From a virus (Duplodnaviria; Caudoviricetes), in the IMG/VR virus record IMGVR_UViG_3300017761_002003, positions 1 through 38,140 of that record: a DNA stretch of 38,140 nucleotides; one strand, written 5' to 3'. Shown here piece by piece: positions 8,165 through 17,853 of this stretch. A program made the position numbers and the translations under genes. Numbering within the stretch: the stretch's first letter is position 1; the number at the start of each line of letters is the position of its first letter. Under the pieces are notes generated by a model. The model saw only the letters and a program-made list of their open reading frames with translations. It searched no databases and had not been told where the DNA came from.

Positions 8165-8688
8165 TATTTATCTTTCCAATCACTTTTAGATTGTTTTGCC
8201 GCCGCCTGTGCAGCACCACACTTTGAATTTGTTTTAAAATTAGGACCCACTAAATTATCTTGAGGTACGTACCCACCCTTTTGTTTTCCTAAGTACTTAA
8301 CATATTTTTTTAGATTTAATTTTATTTTTGACCCATTTTGTTGTTCTCTATATACAAATTCCGGTAAATCCAACAATGAACCATCTATATAACCCATTTC
8401 AGGATTAGGTATTACCTGACAAGATGAATTAAATTCCGCATCATCAATTTCTTCATAAAAGTTTTTAAAAAAAGCACCCTTAACAAAATTATCAAAATTT
8501 ATTTTACGTTGACCTTCTCGTTTAGCTTTAGCCGCCGCTCTTTGTTCCGAAGTTCCAAACATAGGTTTAGGTCCGGTTGCTGGTGGAGTAGTTGTTGGTG
8601 GAGTAGTTGATACAGGTACCGGTGTTGTTGATGGTGTGGTTTGTTCAACCAAAAATTTATACTGAGATTCTCTAATTACTATTTTCAT
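8164..8688 (-). CDS. late protein with (L/I)xE leader and Pro/Thr linker
   Basis: Start ATG 8688 (MKIVIRESQYKFLVEQ, then TTPSTTPVPVSTTPP); TATTTAT at 8693-8699. Confidence 0.8.
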   Translation of the reverse strand: MKIVIRESQYKFLVEQTTPSTTPVPVSTTPPTTTPPATGPKPMFGTSEQRAAAKAKREGQRKINFDNFVKGAFFKNFYEEIDDAEFNSSCQVIPNPEMGYIDGSLLDLPEFVYREQQNGSKIKLNLKKYVKYLGKQKGGYVPQDNLVGPNFKTNSKCGAAQAAAKQSKSDWKDK

Positions 8689-8704
8689 ACTAATAAATAT
8701 CATA

Positions 8705-8737
8705 TAAAAAGAAAATCCCCAATCAAGGGGATTTTTT
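8705..8737. repeat. 33-bp direct repeat, copy 2 (terminator of the Grx/Trx operon)
   Basis: Identical to 8132-8164. Confidence 0.95.
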
Positions 8738-9023
8738 ATTTTCTGAAATGTTCTTTGATAATTTCAACGCCTTCTTCAATTTCATCGTAATCTCTATCAG
8801 GAGCGTATAAATAACTCTTGTGGTTATCTGTCAAAGGTGACTCAACAATCATAAATGCCGGGACAAACTCATTCTCCGTTATCTCAACAAACATTTCATA
8901 TTCATCTTCGTGTTCGTTAATATCTCTAACCTCAAATGGGATGTTTGATTCCTTCAATTGTTTCTTCATTGTCTCACAGTGGGGACAACCTTCCATCGTG
9001 AAAAGAATTAATAACTTATCCAT
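8736..9023 (-). CDS. glutaredoxin/NrdH-like redoxin
   Basis: FTMEGCPHC...VPAF. Confidence 0.9.
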   Translation of the reverse strand: MDKLLILFTMEGCPHCETMKKQLKESNIPFEVRDINEHEDEYEMFVEITENEFVPAFMIVESPLTDNHKSYLYAPDRDYDEIEEGVEIIKEHFRK

Positions 9024-9339
9024 TTAATAAGTTAGTTACCAATTCTTTAATCTGACCTTCCATTTGCATTCCCGGTTGAGAATAAACCTCTTTACCATCT
9101 GAGAATGATTTAACGGTGGGGATTGACCTAATACCCAATGATGAGGCAAATTCTTTATTTTTATCAACATCCATTGTATATAGTTGAACCTCGGAATTTT
9201 GATTTCTATATTCTTCTGAAAGTTTTTCAAAGGCAGGTTTCATTACGCGACAGGGTTGGCACCAAGTGCCCCAAAAGTCCACGATTAATTTATCACCATT
9301 TTCAATTTTTTGTTTTAATTCTTCTGTTGTAATTTCCAT
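9016..9339 (-). CDS. trxA: thioredoxin
   Basis: VDFWGTWCQPC...IRSIPT. Confidence 0.95.
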   Translation of the reverse strand: MEITTEELKQKIENGDKLIVDFWGTWCQPCRVMKPAFEKLSEEYRNQNSEVQLYTMDVDKNKEFASSLGIRSIPTVKSFSDGKEVYSQPGMQMEGQIKELVTNLLNG

Positions 9340-9340
9340 T

Positions 9341-9661
9341 TTAATCTTTCTTTTTTAATCTTTTTAATTGTTGTAGTGTATAATCCACCACATTTTTTTT
9401 ATCCACCTTTGTTAAAATAAATATGTGTCGTTCAGTTTTACGATAAATTAAAATACCGGTTGAGTCATATTCATATAAACTATGTTGGGGTTTAACTTCA
9501 TAATCCACAGTAAAAAAATCCTCATACCATAATAGATGAGATTTATTTAATAATTTATCCACCACCTCTTTTTCCATACTTGGATATATATCCACAATAC
9601 TGGGGTAACAACCAAATCTTTCCTTGAAGATATCTATACAATGTTGGGGTATTTCTTTCAT
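9341..9661 (-). CDS. hypothetical protein
   Basis: Operon packing. Confidence 0.75.
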   Translation of the reverse strand: MKEIPQHCIDIFKERFGCYPSIVDIYPSMEKEVVDKLLNKSHLLWYEDFFTVDYEVKPQHSLYEYDSTGILIYRKTERHIFILTKVDKKNVVDYTLQQLKRLKKKD

Positions 9662-9662
9662 A

Positions 9663-11423
9663 TTAAAATCCTATTTCATCATCCCAATTATGAACCGGGA
9701 CAATATTATAATTATAGGAATTTAATTTCATAATTGAATCATTTTTCCAATCTAAATAAACACCTTTTTTAATGTTTGTCACACCACCATAGTTCGTTCT
9801 ATCATACTCTTTAATCACATAATCAGAGAATACTTTTTTACCCCCAAAATCACCTTCAATCTGTAATGTATCAAACATCTTCTCATCAACAATATATTCA
9901 ATCCTTTTATCCAATTTATCCAATACATCATCCCAAGAACTATCTAACCTCTCATTGCGTTTCCCCAATGTTTGAACTCTTCTCAACATAAAATACATTT
10001 CATTCGGCCACACAAGTGGTGTCACTTCAATCTCAATTGACGCTCTCTCCTCAGTTTCACCCTCACCACGTCTTATTGATATCAATACAGAACCCACACG
10101 TTTAACATATGTCTTTACACAATTGTTTTGAAAGAATGACTCGTTGTTATATCGTTTGGATGTTAACAACACCTCCGGAAAATATGACCCATCTTTGGTT
10201 AAGATAACCTCATTTATTTTATCAACAAACCTTTGGTTGTAGATTCTATTGAAGTCTCCGTTTGTATAATGGTTGTATTTCTCCGACCATTCATAATGTT
10301 CTTGGACAAACTCATCGTGAGTCCTTGAAGTCCATTTAACCGGTTCCATCTCATCCAATAAACGATAAAAACTAAAATGGTCTTCAATTACATTATTGTT
10401 AACTAATCCTTTTTGAAATAATTTATATATTTCAAAGAAATTGGAAAATTCTTTTTTAGTTAGCAATCCTTTTCCAATATTATTATGAAATACGGGTTGA
10501 GCCTTCTCCAATAGCAATTGAACAAACTCATCCGGTTGATTTAAAATAAACTTATCACCAAATATTGAACAAGCATTGGTAAAATTATTTACACCCTCAA
10601 ATGATTTAACGTTATGTAATACTCTCTTAACCTTATCCCCCTTTAAGTTATGAACCCTCATTAGGGCATCAATATACTTATACTCACACTTAACCAAATC
10701 TTTCTTCTTTGGTTGGGGATAAGTTGTCATAAGTTCAAACCAATTGTTTGGAACTTTGGTTCCTTGAGCATCCAAATATCTTTTATAGATTCTTTGTTCA
10801 GGAAGTAAGTCCGCATATAGTTCAGTTCCGGGGATGGCATTAACAAAGGTTGAAATAACCTGATTAACTATCGTTGGAATATCCACTTTATTTTTATCAA
10901 CTATTGAGTTGAACGACTCTCTCAAGTATCGTCTCATATTATTGATAGGGTCATTATTAAAAAGGACTCTTCTAATATTTTTACGACATTTTCTCTTCAA
11001 ATGGTAATTATCTAATGAACCGGTATATAGCGCATTTGTTTTATAGTTAAATGTGATGAACCTACAATTAGTTCTTAGTTTAAACCATTTACCCGCAACA
11101 CGTCTTGTTTTACTATAATTGAATACCTTGAAAGAAACTTTATCATTCTCTTTAGTCACACAGATAATCACCCTATTCAAATATAATTGAGCAAGTGGAT
11201 TCCCGTAATGTTCTACAAATTTTTCTTCTGTATCATAATCCACTTTAAAGGTATAATCACCCCAAGGAGTATAACTTGTATGTCTAGTTGAAATCATATT
11301 AGTTTCGACCGTCCCCCAAAAATCATCCTTAACTTCTTTTTTAAGAGGTCTGATAGGGTTGGTATCCAAGTATTCTGATACTTGATATTTCTTTACGGTA
11401 TAATTAAATAATTCTTCTTTCAT
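9663..11423 (-). CDS. PcfJ-domain-containing protein
   Basis: C-terminal ES..QNNCVKTY...ISIRR...ERASIEI...VQTLGKRN pattern; likely start ATG 11423. Confidence 0.75.
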   Translation of the reverse strand: MKEELFNYTVKKYQVSEYLDTNPIRPLKKEVKDDFWGTVETNMISTRHTSYTPWGDYTFKVDYDTEEKFVEHYGNPLAQLYLNRVIICVTKENDKVSFKVFNYSKTRRVAGKWFKLRTNCRFITFNYKTNALYTGSLDNYHLKRKCRKNIRRVLFNNDPINNMRRYLRESFNSIVDKNKVDIPTIVNQVISTFVNAIPGTELYADLLPEQRIYKRYLDAQGTKVPNNWFELMTTYPQPKKKDLVKCEYKYIDALMRVHNLKGDKVKRVLHNVKSFEGVNNFTNACSIFGDKFILNQPDEFVQLLLEKAQPVFHNNIGKGLLTKKEFSNFFEIYKLFQKGLVNNNVIEDHFSFYRLLDEMEPVKWTSRTHDEFVQEHYEWSEKYNHYTNGDFNRIYNQRFVDKINEVILTKDGSYFPEVLLTSKRYNNESFFQNNCVKTYVKRVGSVLISIRRGEGETEERASIEIEVTPLVWPNEMYFMLRRVQTLGKRNERLDSSWDDVLDKLDKRIEYIVDEKMFDTLQIEGDFGGKKVFSDYVIKEYDRTNYGGVTNIKKGVYLDWKNDSIMKLNSYNYNIVPVHNWDDEIGF

Positions 11424-11441
11424 CAGGTTTATTTTGAACCA

Positions 11442-11473
11442 CAAAAGTAAGACATTAAATTTGAATATACAAA
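11442..11473 (-). promoter_or_regulatory. Bacteroidota-type promoter TTTG-N20-TACTTTTG
   Basis: caaaagta 11442-11449 and caaa 11470-11473 on +. Confidence 0.7.
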
Positions 11474-11764
11474 TTAATTAAGAGAAAAATGTGCAAATTG
11501 TGTGTGATAAATTATGGATTTGATTTTATCCATATCAACCTCATCATTTTGAGATTTTTTAAGAGCCACAACTATAGATATGATTTGTTTTTGAGTTAAG
11601 GAAACATCCTCACCGTTATTAACATTATCCAAAGATTGTTGTTTAACTCTATCGTAGAAGTCATCCTTTAAAACATCCCCAATTAACTCAAGTAAGTCAT
11701 TGGGGTTGTTGTTAAAGAAAGATGTAAATTGATTAATGTAGATTTCAACGTCAACATTTTTCAT
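11474..11764 (-). CDS. hypothetical protein
   Basis: 96-aa ORF. Confidence 0.75.
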   Translation of the reverse strand: MKNVDVEIYINQFTSFFNNNPNDLLELIGDVLKDDFYDRVKQQSLDNVNNGEDVSLTQKQIISIVVALKKSQNDEVDMDKIKSIIYHTQFAHFSLN

Positions 11765-11779
11765 AGTAGTTTTTTTTAA

Positions 11780-13171
11780 TTATTCTTCCATATGGTAGAA
11801 ACCGTTACCCGTATTGTATTGTTCGAACTCCTTTGGTACTTGGACATTTGGACATCTACTTACATTTAGAAATGTAAGGTTTGGTAATGTCGTAACACAT
11901 TCCGGAATTGATTTTAAATTTTTATTACCCGGAACCGCAATAAACACCAAGTTTTTTAATTCACAGATTGAGTTTGGAAGTTCACCGATAATATTTTCAA
12001 ACAATATTGCCGTTAATGATTTAAATTTACTAATTGACTCAGGTACTTTAATTTCAATATCATCCTTTGATGTATTAATAATATTTAATCTTTTAATTGT
12101 TAAAGGTAACGATGTGAATAATTCATCAAACCCATATAACGCAACAAACTTACCTGTTGATGAATCCGGATATTTAATCTCAACATTATCAGAATTTGGT
12201 TTAACAAATCCCTCTGCAAACTCAGGTTTGAAGATTTCTTTAAACTCAGACCATTTACCATTCAAATACTCCACAACAGGAATATTACCACCTGATTGAT
12301 TAGGGTTCTTAAATTGGTTAGATGGGAAATGAAATTGATATCTATCAGATGGTAACCCTGTAAACTCACCCACTTTACCTTTATCATCATTAGCGATAAA
12401 AATATATAATGGACCATCTTGTCTATATTTATGTGACCAACTTGACCCTTCAGCTCCTGTACACCAAGTAGTTTCACCTCTATCAACACCTTTACCATAA
12501 CCACCAAAATAAGATGCCGCCTTAGAACCTAATTCACCTTTATCGGCAATTTTAATTAAGGTATATTCTGAACCAACTTTTAATATTTCAGCACCGGGGA
12601 AGTTAAAGTTTGTATTGGCTTCAACACCTTTTTCTTTTTTAACTTTCTTACCACGATATAAATCCAATTCAACAGTTTCATCACCCACTTTAACAGGTAA
12701 TTGCATTAACTCATCAAATGATTTAACATTATTAATGTCTTTCTTAGAAGCATCAACTAAACCACCCTTAAATCTCTCGTATTTTGTTAGTAATTCAGTA
12801 AAGTGAGGTAAATCCTCTAAAAAAAGTCGTCTGTATTCGTTTGCCTTTGATTTATATTCATCAGACCCAATTTCAATAACATCATCACCCCCTTCACGAG
12901 TTAAATATGGTTTAACAAATATATTCAACATCCATTGAGAATATTTACCAACTTTAACTTTATCACTTGTCATATCCTCAACAGACGCTCCTTCTTTATC
13001 ATAATTCTCAGGAAATCTTGTTGTCGGGTCGGCAAAAATTATTTGTTTAACAACCTCAAATGGTAAAACACCTTTTTGTCTATCACCAGTAGGTAATACA
13101 TATTTTTTGTATAGAACTTGAAAACGAGCGTCTTCAGTAATTAAGTTTGATAATACGTTTGTAATTTTCAT
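11780..13171 (-). CDS. leucine-rich-repeat protein with central WC-motif (PcfJ-like) domain, paralogue A
   Basis: TTWCT...GPLYIFI...RYQFHF; C-terminal LRRs (ELPNSICELKNLVFI, SIPECVTTLPNLTFLNV). Confidence 0.85.
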   Translation of the reverse strand: MKITNVLSNLITEDARFQVLYKKYVLPTGDRQKGVLPFEVVKQIIFADPTTRFPENYDKEGASVEDMTSDKVKVGKYSQWMLNIFVKPYLTREGGDDVIEIGSDEYKSKANEYRRLFLEDLPHFTELLTKYERFKGGLVDASKKDINNVKSFDELMQLPVKVGDETVELDLYRGKKVKKEKGVEANTNFNFPGAEILKVGSEYTLIKIADKGELGSKAASYFGGYGKGVDRGETTWCTGAEGSSWSHKYRQDGPLYIFIANDDKGKVGEFTGLPSDRYQFHFPSNQFKNPNQSGGNIPVVEYLNGKWSEFKEIFKPEFAEGFVKPNSDNVEIKYPDSSTGKFVALYGFDELFTSLPLTIKRLNIINTSKDDIEIKVPESISKFKSLTAILFENIIGELPNSICELKNLVFIAVPGNKNLKSIPECVTTLPNLTFLNVSRCPNVQVPKEFEQYNTGNGFYHMEE

Positions 13172-13203
13172 TTTTATTGTTTTTTATTGTTATAACTATT
13201 TTT

Positions 13204-14601
13204 TTATTCTTCTATGTGGTAATAACCATTACCTTCGTAATATTCTTCCAACCTTTTCGGTACTTGAACATTTGGACATCCATTCACATTCAAAAATGTA
13301 AAGTTTGGTAAATCCACAACACACTCCGGAATTGATTTTAATTCCACATTATTAGGAAACGCTAATAGTGTTAAGTTTTTCAACTCACAGATATTTTCAG
13401 GGACAGAACTAATCATATTCTGAATCATCAAAGCAACTAAAGATTTGAATCTAACAATTGAGTTAGGTAATTCCATATTAATTTTTTCATTTGAAGTATT
13501 AATAATGTTCAGTTTTTTAATATTTTCCGGTAACGCCTCAAAAAATTCTTCGAACCCATACAAAGCAAGAAACCTACCTGTTTCATCAGATGGATATTTA
13601 ATCGTAACATTGTCACTATTTGGAGCAATAAACCCTTTCGCAAATTCAGGTTTTAATATTTCTTTAAATTCACTCCATTTTCCATTCAACCATTCAACAA
13701 TCGGGACATTACCCTCAGCAGAATATTGGTCACGAGACTTAAATTGACTTGGTTTTGGAAAGTGAAGTTGATATCTTTCTGTTGGTAATCCTGTCACCTC
13801 ACCCACTTTACCTTTATCATCATTAGCAATAATAATATATAATGGACCTTTTTGTCTATAATTATGAGAATTTATTGACCCTGTTGATGCCGTACACCAA
13901 TTAGATTCACCTCTAGCTAACCCTCCTTCATAACCTCCAAAATAAGACGCCGCTTTAGAACCTAAATCACCTTTGTCTGAAATTCTAATTAAAGTATATT
14001 CTGAACCAACTTTTAATATTTCAGCACCGGGAAAATTAAAATTTGTTTGAGCATCAGCACCTTTTTCATTTTTAACTTTCTTACCACGATACATTGATAA
14101 ATCAACTGTGGTATCACCATACTCAACCTGTAATTGAGATAATTCATTAATAGACTTAACATTATTAATGTCTTTCTTAGAAGCATCTACTAAACTACCC
14201 TTAAATCTATCGTATTTTGTTAATAATTCAGTAAAGTAATGTAAATCTTCTATAAAAAGTCGTCTATATTCGTTCGCCTTTGATTTATATTTATCTGTAT
14301 TAACCTCTATTACATCATTATTATCATCAGTTAAATGTGGTTTAATAAACATATTCAACATCCATTGAGTATATTTCCCAACCTTAACTTGATTACTTAA
14401 CATATCCTCAACGGACGCACCCTCTTTATCATAGTTATCAGGAACTCTTGTCATAGGGTCTGCGAAAGCAATTTGTTTAACAATTTCAAAAGGTAAAATC
14501 CCTTTTTGTCTAGTACCACTAGGTAACACATATTTATTATAAAATACCTGAAAACGAGCATCTTCAGTTATTAAATTTGATAGTACTTGTATAATCTTCA
14601 T
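13204..14601 (-). CDS. leucine-rich-repeat protein, paralogue B
   Basis: Collinear with 11780..13171 over the full length; TATTTATA at 14616-14623. Confidence 0.85.
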   Translation of the reverse strand: MKIIQVLSNLITEDARFQVFYNKYVLPSGTRQKGILPFEIVKQIAFADPMTRVPDNYDKEGASVEDMLSNQVKVGKYTQWMLNMFIKPHLTDDNNDVIEVNTDKYKSKANEYRRLFIEDLHYFTELLTKYDRFKGSLVDASKKDINNVKSINELSQLQVEYGDTTVDLSMYRGKKVKNEKGADAQTNFNFPGAEILKVGSEYTLIRISDKGDLGSKAASYFGGYEGGLARGESNWCTASTGSINSHNYRQKGPLYIIIANDDKGKVGEVTGLPTERYQLHFPKPSQFKSRDQYSAEGNVPIVEWLNGKWSEFKEILKPEFAKGFIAPNSDNVTIKYPSDETGRFLALYGFEEFFEALPENIKKLNIINTSNEKINMELPNSIVRFKSLVALMIQNMISSVPENICELKNLTLLAFPNNVELKSIPECVVDLPNFTFLNVNGCPNVQVPKRLEEYYEGNGYYHIEE

Positions 14602-14674
14602 TTAATTGTTTTTATTATAAATATTTGTTTTTTGTAAATAATCTAACAAACGTCATTTTCTTTATTCAACGGGA

Positions 14675-14705
14675 CAAAGATAATACATATTTTTAATTAT
14701 ACAAA
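14675..14705 (-). promoter_or_regulatory. Bacteroidota-type promoter TTTG-N19-TATCTTTG
   Basis: caaagata 14675-14682 and caaa 14702-14705 on +. Confidence 0.75.
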
Positions 14706-15554
14706 CTATTTTTTATAATTCATAATTAAAAGTTCTTCACCCATATTTTGAACCTTACCTTTTTTAGCCGCAGCCGCCTTAGCAAATTCTTTTTTCTCCC
14801 AAACATATTGAGTCTCCGGGAACCAATTGTGTAATTGGGGAAAATCATAATAAGATAACGAAAACTTACCTTGAACACCTTTTAAACAATCTGCCAATCT
14901 TTCGTGGTCAGCACTATCAAAATCATGGTTATTGTAATAGTTCTCTGTTTTCCAATATGGGGGGTCAGCGTAAATATATGTAGATGAGCTATCATACTTT
15001 TGAATAACCTCTTGAAAATCCATATTCTCAACTTTAGTAATCTTTAAGAAATGTTCCACCCAATCAGGTTTGGATAATTTATCTCTAAATGTCAAATACT
15101 TTGATTTATATTTTCCTTTCAAATCGATAAATGAACTTGTTTCAGGTTTAGACCCCGAGAAGACCTGAGCTAACACATAAGCGTATTTAGCCGCAACCAA
15201 ATAATCGTAAGCCTCTACCCTGAAATTCTCTGCAAATATTTCAGCCTGAAAGCTGATAAACTGTTCTTTATAGATATCCGGTGTTGGAAACTCATTTCTT
15301 TGTTGACAAGGAATTGAGTTAACAACCTCTAACAATCTCTCCGGGTTTTGAAGACACTGGAATAAGTTATAATTAAGAGGATTAAAGTCGTTATAAACAA
15401 CTTCTTTTAAATTTGGGTATTTGGATAAGTCCATATTAAAGAAGACCCAATACATCCCTGAAAAGGGCTCAACATATGTTTTAATGTCTGTTGGTATAAA
15501 TGGAACAATCCATTTACCTATTTTAGATTTACCCCCAATGTATGATAATGCCAT
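14706..15554 (-). CDS. DNA adenine methyltransferase (D12/Dam-like, alpha class)
   Basis: YIGGKS, YVEPFSG, YNDFN, DPPY. Confidence 0.95.
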   Translation of the reverse strand: MALSYIGGKSKIGKWIVPFIPTDIKTYVEPFSGMYWVFFNMDLSKYPNLKEVVYNDFNPLNYNLFQCLQNPERLLEVVNSIPCQQRNEFPTPDIYKEQFISFQAEIFAENFRVEAYDYLVAAKYAYVLAQVFSGSKPETSSFIDLKGKYKSKYLTFRDKLSKPDWVEHFLKITKVENMDFQEVIQKYDSSSTYIYADPPYWKTENYYNNHDFDSADHERLADCLKGVQGKFSLSYYDFPQLHNWFPETQYVWEKKEFAKAAAAKKGKVQNMGEELLIMNYKK

Positions 15555-15654
15555 AATTTTTGTTTTTTTAAAGTATAAGAAATAAAAATCTAAAAAGCAA
15601 GTTTCACATTCAAATATTTTTTACTATACTTGATGTAAATTAATATTTATTACT

Positions 15655-15870
15655 ATGGAATCATTTGAAGGACAAATTATTGAAGAACAAGACATCATTG
15701 ATGTTACACCAGAACAACCCACACAACCCGAAAAGGAATGTAAAACCTGTAAACAAAAAGGATTAACTAAAGGACAATGGGTTATGTTAACATCCTCATT
15801 TTATATATTGTTTGCCGCAATATACGGGACAATAAAAATAATCCAAGAATTACTTCAGTATATCCCATAA
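15655..15870 (+). CDS. small membrane protein with CxxC
   Basis: ECKTCK followed by a TM helix; TATTTAT at 15644-15650. Confidence 0.7.
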   Translation: MESFEGQIIEEQDIIDVTPEQPTQPEKECKTCKQKGLTKGQWVMLTSSFYILFAAIYGTIKIIQELLQYIP

Positions 15871-15873
15871 AAA

Positions 15874-15891
15874 AACCCCTTCATAGGGGTT
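15874..15891. terminator. terminator between convergent genes
   Basis: aacccct-tcat-aggggtt with A-tract on +. Confidence 0.75.
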
Positions 15892-16807
15892 ATCTTTTAA
15901 ACTTAACAAATAATTTTATATATAAATCACCTCTTCCGTGATATCCTTTACCTTTAACTCTTAATGGTTTTGACGTATCAAACTCTTGAGGTAGTTTAAT
16001 TGAAATCTCACCTAAAGGATGGGGGACTTTAACACTACTTAATTTAATCGTTTCTAAATCAAAATAAACGTTATAAATTAAATCCTCCATTGATTTTTCA
16101 AAATTATTTTCCGGAATAATGTTAACTTTAATTACTAAATTACCATACATTCCATCTCTAAAATCTCCTTTACCTTGGACTCTTATAAATTGACCCTCAT
16201 CAATTCCGTGTGGTAATTTAATTGATATGGTTTCCTTTGAGGATGTTGTTGTAGTTCCGTGGCAAGTACCACAGGTTGTTTTATACGTAAATCCTTTACC
16301 ATTACAACTACCACAATGTGTTCTAATTATTTGTGTAAATAATCCGGTTCCAATTTGTTGAGTAATCACACCTTGTCCGTTACAAGTAGAACAAGTTATT
16401 TTTTCACCTCCAGTTCCATTACACCCACCACAGTTATGGTTTCTATCATATGTGATGTTTTTATCACCACTCAAGAAAGATTCAACAGCACTAACAACCA
16501 CTTCAATTATCTTATCCGGGACAGCACGTTTTCTCTGAGTGTGCATTTGATTAAACATTTCCTCAAAAGGATTAAACCCTCCACCACCTCTACCCATATT
16601 AGCAAAAGGGTTTCGTCTTTGATTATCGTATTGACTTCGTTTATTCTCGTCACCTACCGTATCGTAAGCTTCAGAAATCTGTTTAAACTTGTTTTCATCA
16701 CCCCCTTTATCAGGATGGTGTTCTACCGCCAACTTTCTATAAGCCTTCTTTATTTCGTCCTGTGATGCCGTTTCGTTAACACCTAATATTTGATAAAAAT
16801 CTTCCAT
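15890..16807 (-). CDS. dnaJ: DnaJ chaperone
   Basis: J-domain with HPD, short G/F region, four CxxCxG zinc repeats, C-terminal domain. Confidence 0.95.
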   Translation of the reverse strand: MEDFYQILGVNETASQDEIKKAYRKLAVEHHPDKGGDENKFKQISEAYDTVGDENKRSQYDNQRRNPFANMGRGGGGFNPFEEMFNQMHTQRKRAVPDKIIEVVVSAVESFLSGDKNITYDRNHNCGGCNGTGGEKITCSTCNGQGVITQQIGTGLFTQIIRTHCGSCNGKGFTYKTTCGTCHGTTTTSSKETISIKLPHGIDEGQFIRVQGKGDFRDGMYGNLVIKVNIIPENNFEKSMEDLIYNVYFDLETIKLSSVKVPHPLGEISIKLPQEFDTSKPLRVKGKGYHGRGDLYIKLFVKFKR

Positions 16808-16845
16808 TCTTTACTTATTTTATATTTAAAGTTAAATTATCTATT

Positions 16846-17490
16846 ATGAATTATTTAATTGTTCTATTCAAAAATAAAGTAAAAAAGAAAATAATCAAGA
16901 AGTTTAAGACCTCAAATCAAGCAAATAACTTCTACGAATCTTTATTGGTGGATAGTAACAACGTATTATTTAACAAACAATATGAAAATGGGTTTTCTTT
17001 TAATTATGAAATTGCAATACTTGAAAAGGTGTCCGGAACTTTTCTACCAGTATTTTTAAAAGATGAGTTAGGTAGAAATGTGAAAGTAAAATTAGATGAT
17101 GAGAATTTTTCAATTAAAAAAATCACCACTTATTACACCGAAGAACATATTTTAGACATTACTTTAAATAAAAAAATAAACTCAGAAGAGTTTATTAAAT
17201 TATATTTAGACCCACCGGGACTTAAATTAGTATCAAAATTAAATAATAAAGTTATTGTTCAAAATGATAATGATTTTAATTTATTCACGTTAAAAAATGA
17301 TTATGACTCAAGTAGATTTATTGATGTAATATCTGAATTTTTTATAGAACAAAAACGATTTGACACTATGTTCGTTAAAGATTATTCAAATGCTCAAAGA
17401 AAATACTTATACAATTTATTAATTGAGAATGGATTTTCTAAGAGTTACTTACAACGTCAGACAACGACCCATCCTTCAATAAAAACATAA
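16846..17490 (+). CDS. hypothetical protein
   Basis: 214-aa ORF divergent from dnaJ. Confidence 0.8.
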   Translation: MNYLIVLFKNKVKKKIIKKFKTSNQANNFYESLLVDSNNVLFNKQYENGFSFNYEIAILEKVSGTFLPVFLKDELGRNVKVKLDDENFSIKKITTYYTEEHILDITLNKKINSEEFIKLYLDPPGLKLVSKLNNKVIVQNDNDFNLFTLKNDYDSSRFIDVISEFFIEQKRFDTMFVKDYSNAQRKYLYNLLIENGFSKSYLQRQTTTHPSIKT

Positions 17491-17689
17491 ATTCAACACC
17501 GGACATATCAATCTTAAATTGTTTGAAATCTCTATCAACATCTCTAAAGTTTTTTTGAACTTTTTTATAATCATCGTAATTAAGTTCCATCGCAACGGCC
17601 ATAGTCCCTTCCGGAAATAATGTTTGTAATCCGTCAGCAACAAGTGCCAACTTTTCAATTATCCCATCAATACTTTTATTCTCTGCCAT
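17438..17689 (-). CDS. hypothetical protein
   Basis: 83-aa ORF. Confidence 0.7.
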   Translation of the reverse strand: MAENKSIDGIIEKLALVADGLQTLFPEGTMAVAMELNYDDYKKVQKNFRDVDRDFKQFKIDMSGVEFMFLLKDGSLSDVVSNS

Positions 17690-17853
17690 AATGTTAATTT
17701 TTTAGGTGGTTCAGGTTGTTTTGGTAAAATATCTTCTTTACGAATTTGTTTAATTTTATCAATTAAAATTTCCTTATCTCGTTTTAAGATAATTTCGTTT
17801 TTAATCATATCACGATTCAGTAACTCCAGTTCCTTTAACGCTTTCTTCCCCAT
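17659..17853 (-). CDS. hypothetical protein
   Basis: 64 aa, ending in amphipathic KLTLWQRIKVLMG. Confidence 0.65.
   Translation of the reverse strand: MGKKALKELELLNRDMIKNEIILKRDKEILIDKIKQIRKEDILPKQPEPPKKLTLWQRIKVLMG

Noticed and set aside
8132-8737. CRISPR mini-array from the 33-bp repeats
   Set aside because: Only two copies, 540 bp apart, around a real gene; the repeat is a terminator and no cas genes are present
11780-14601. Diversity-generating retroelement (TR/VR) explanation for the LRR duplication
   Set aside because: Both copies are full genes, differences are not confined to adenines, and no reverse transcriptase is in the window
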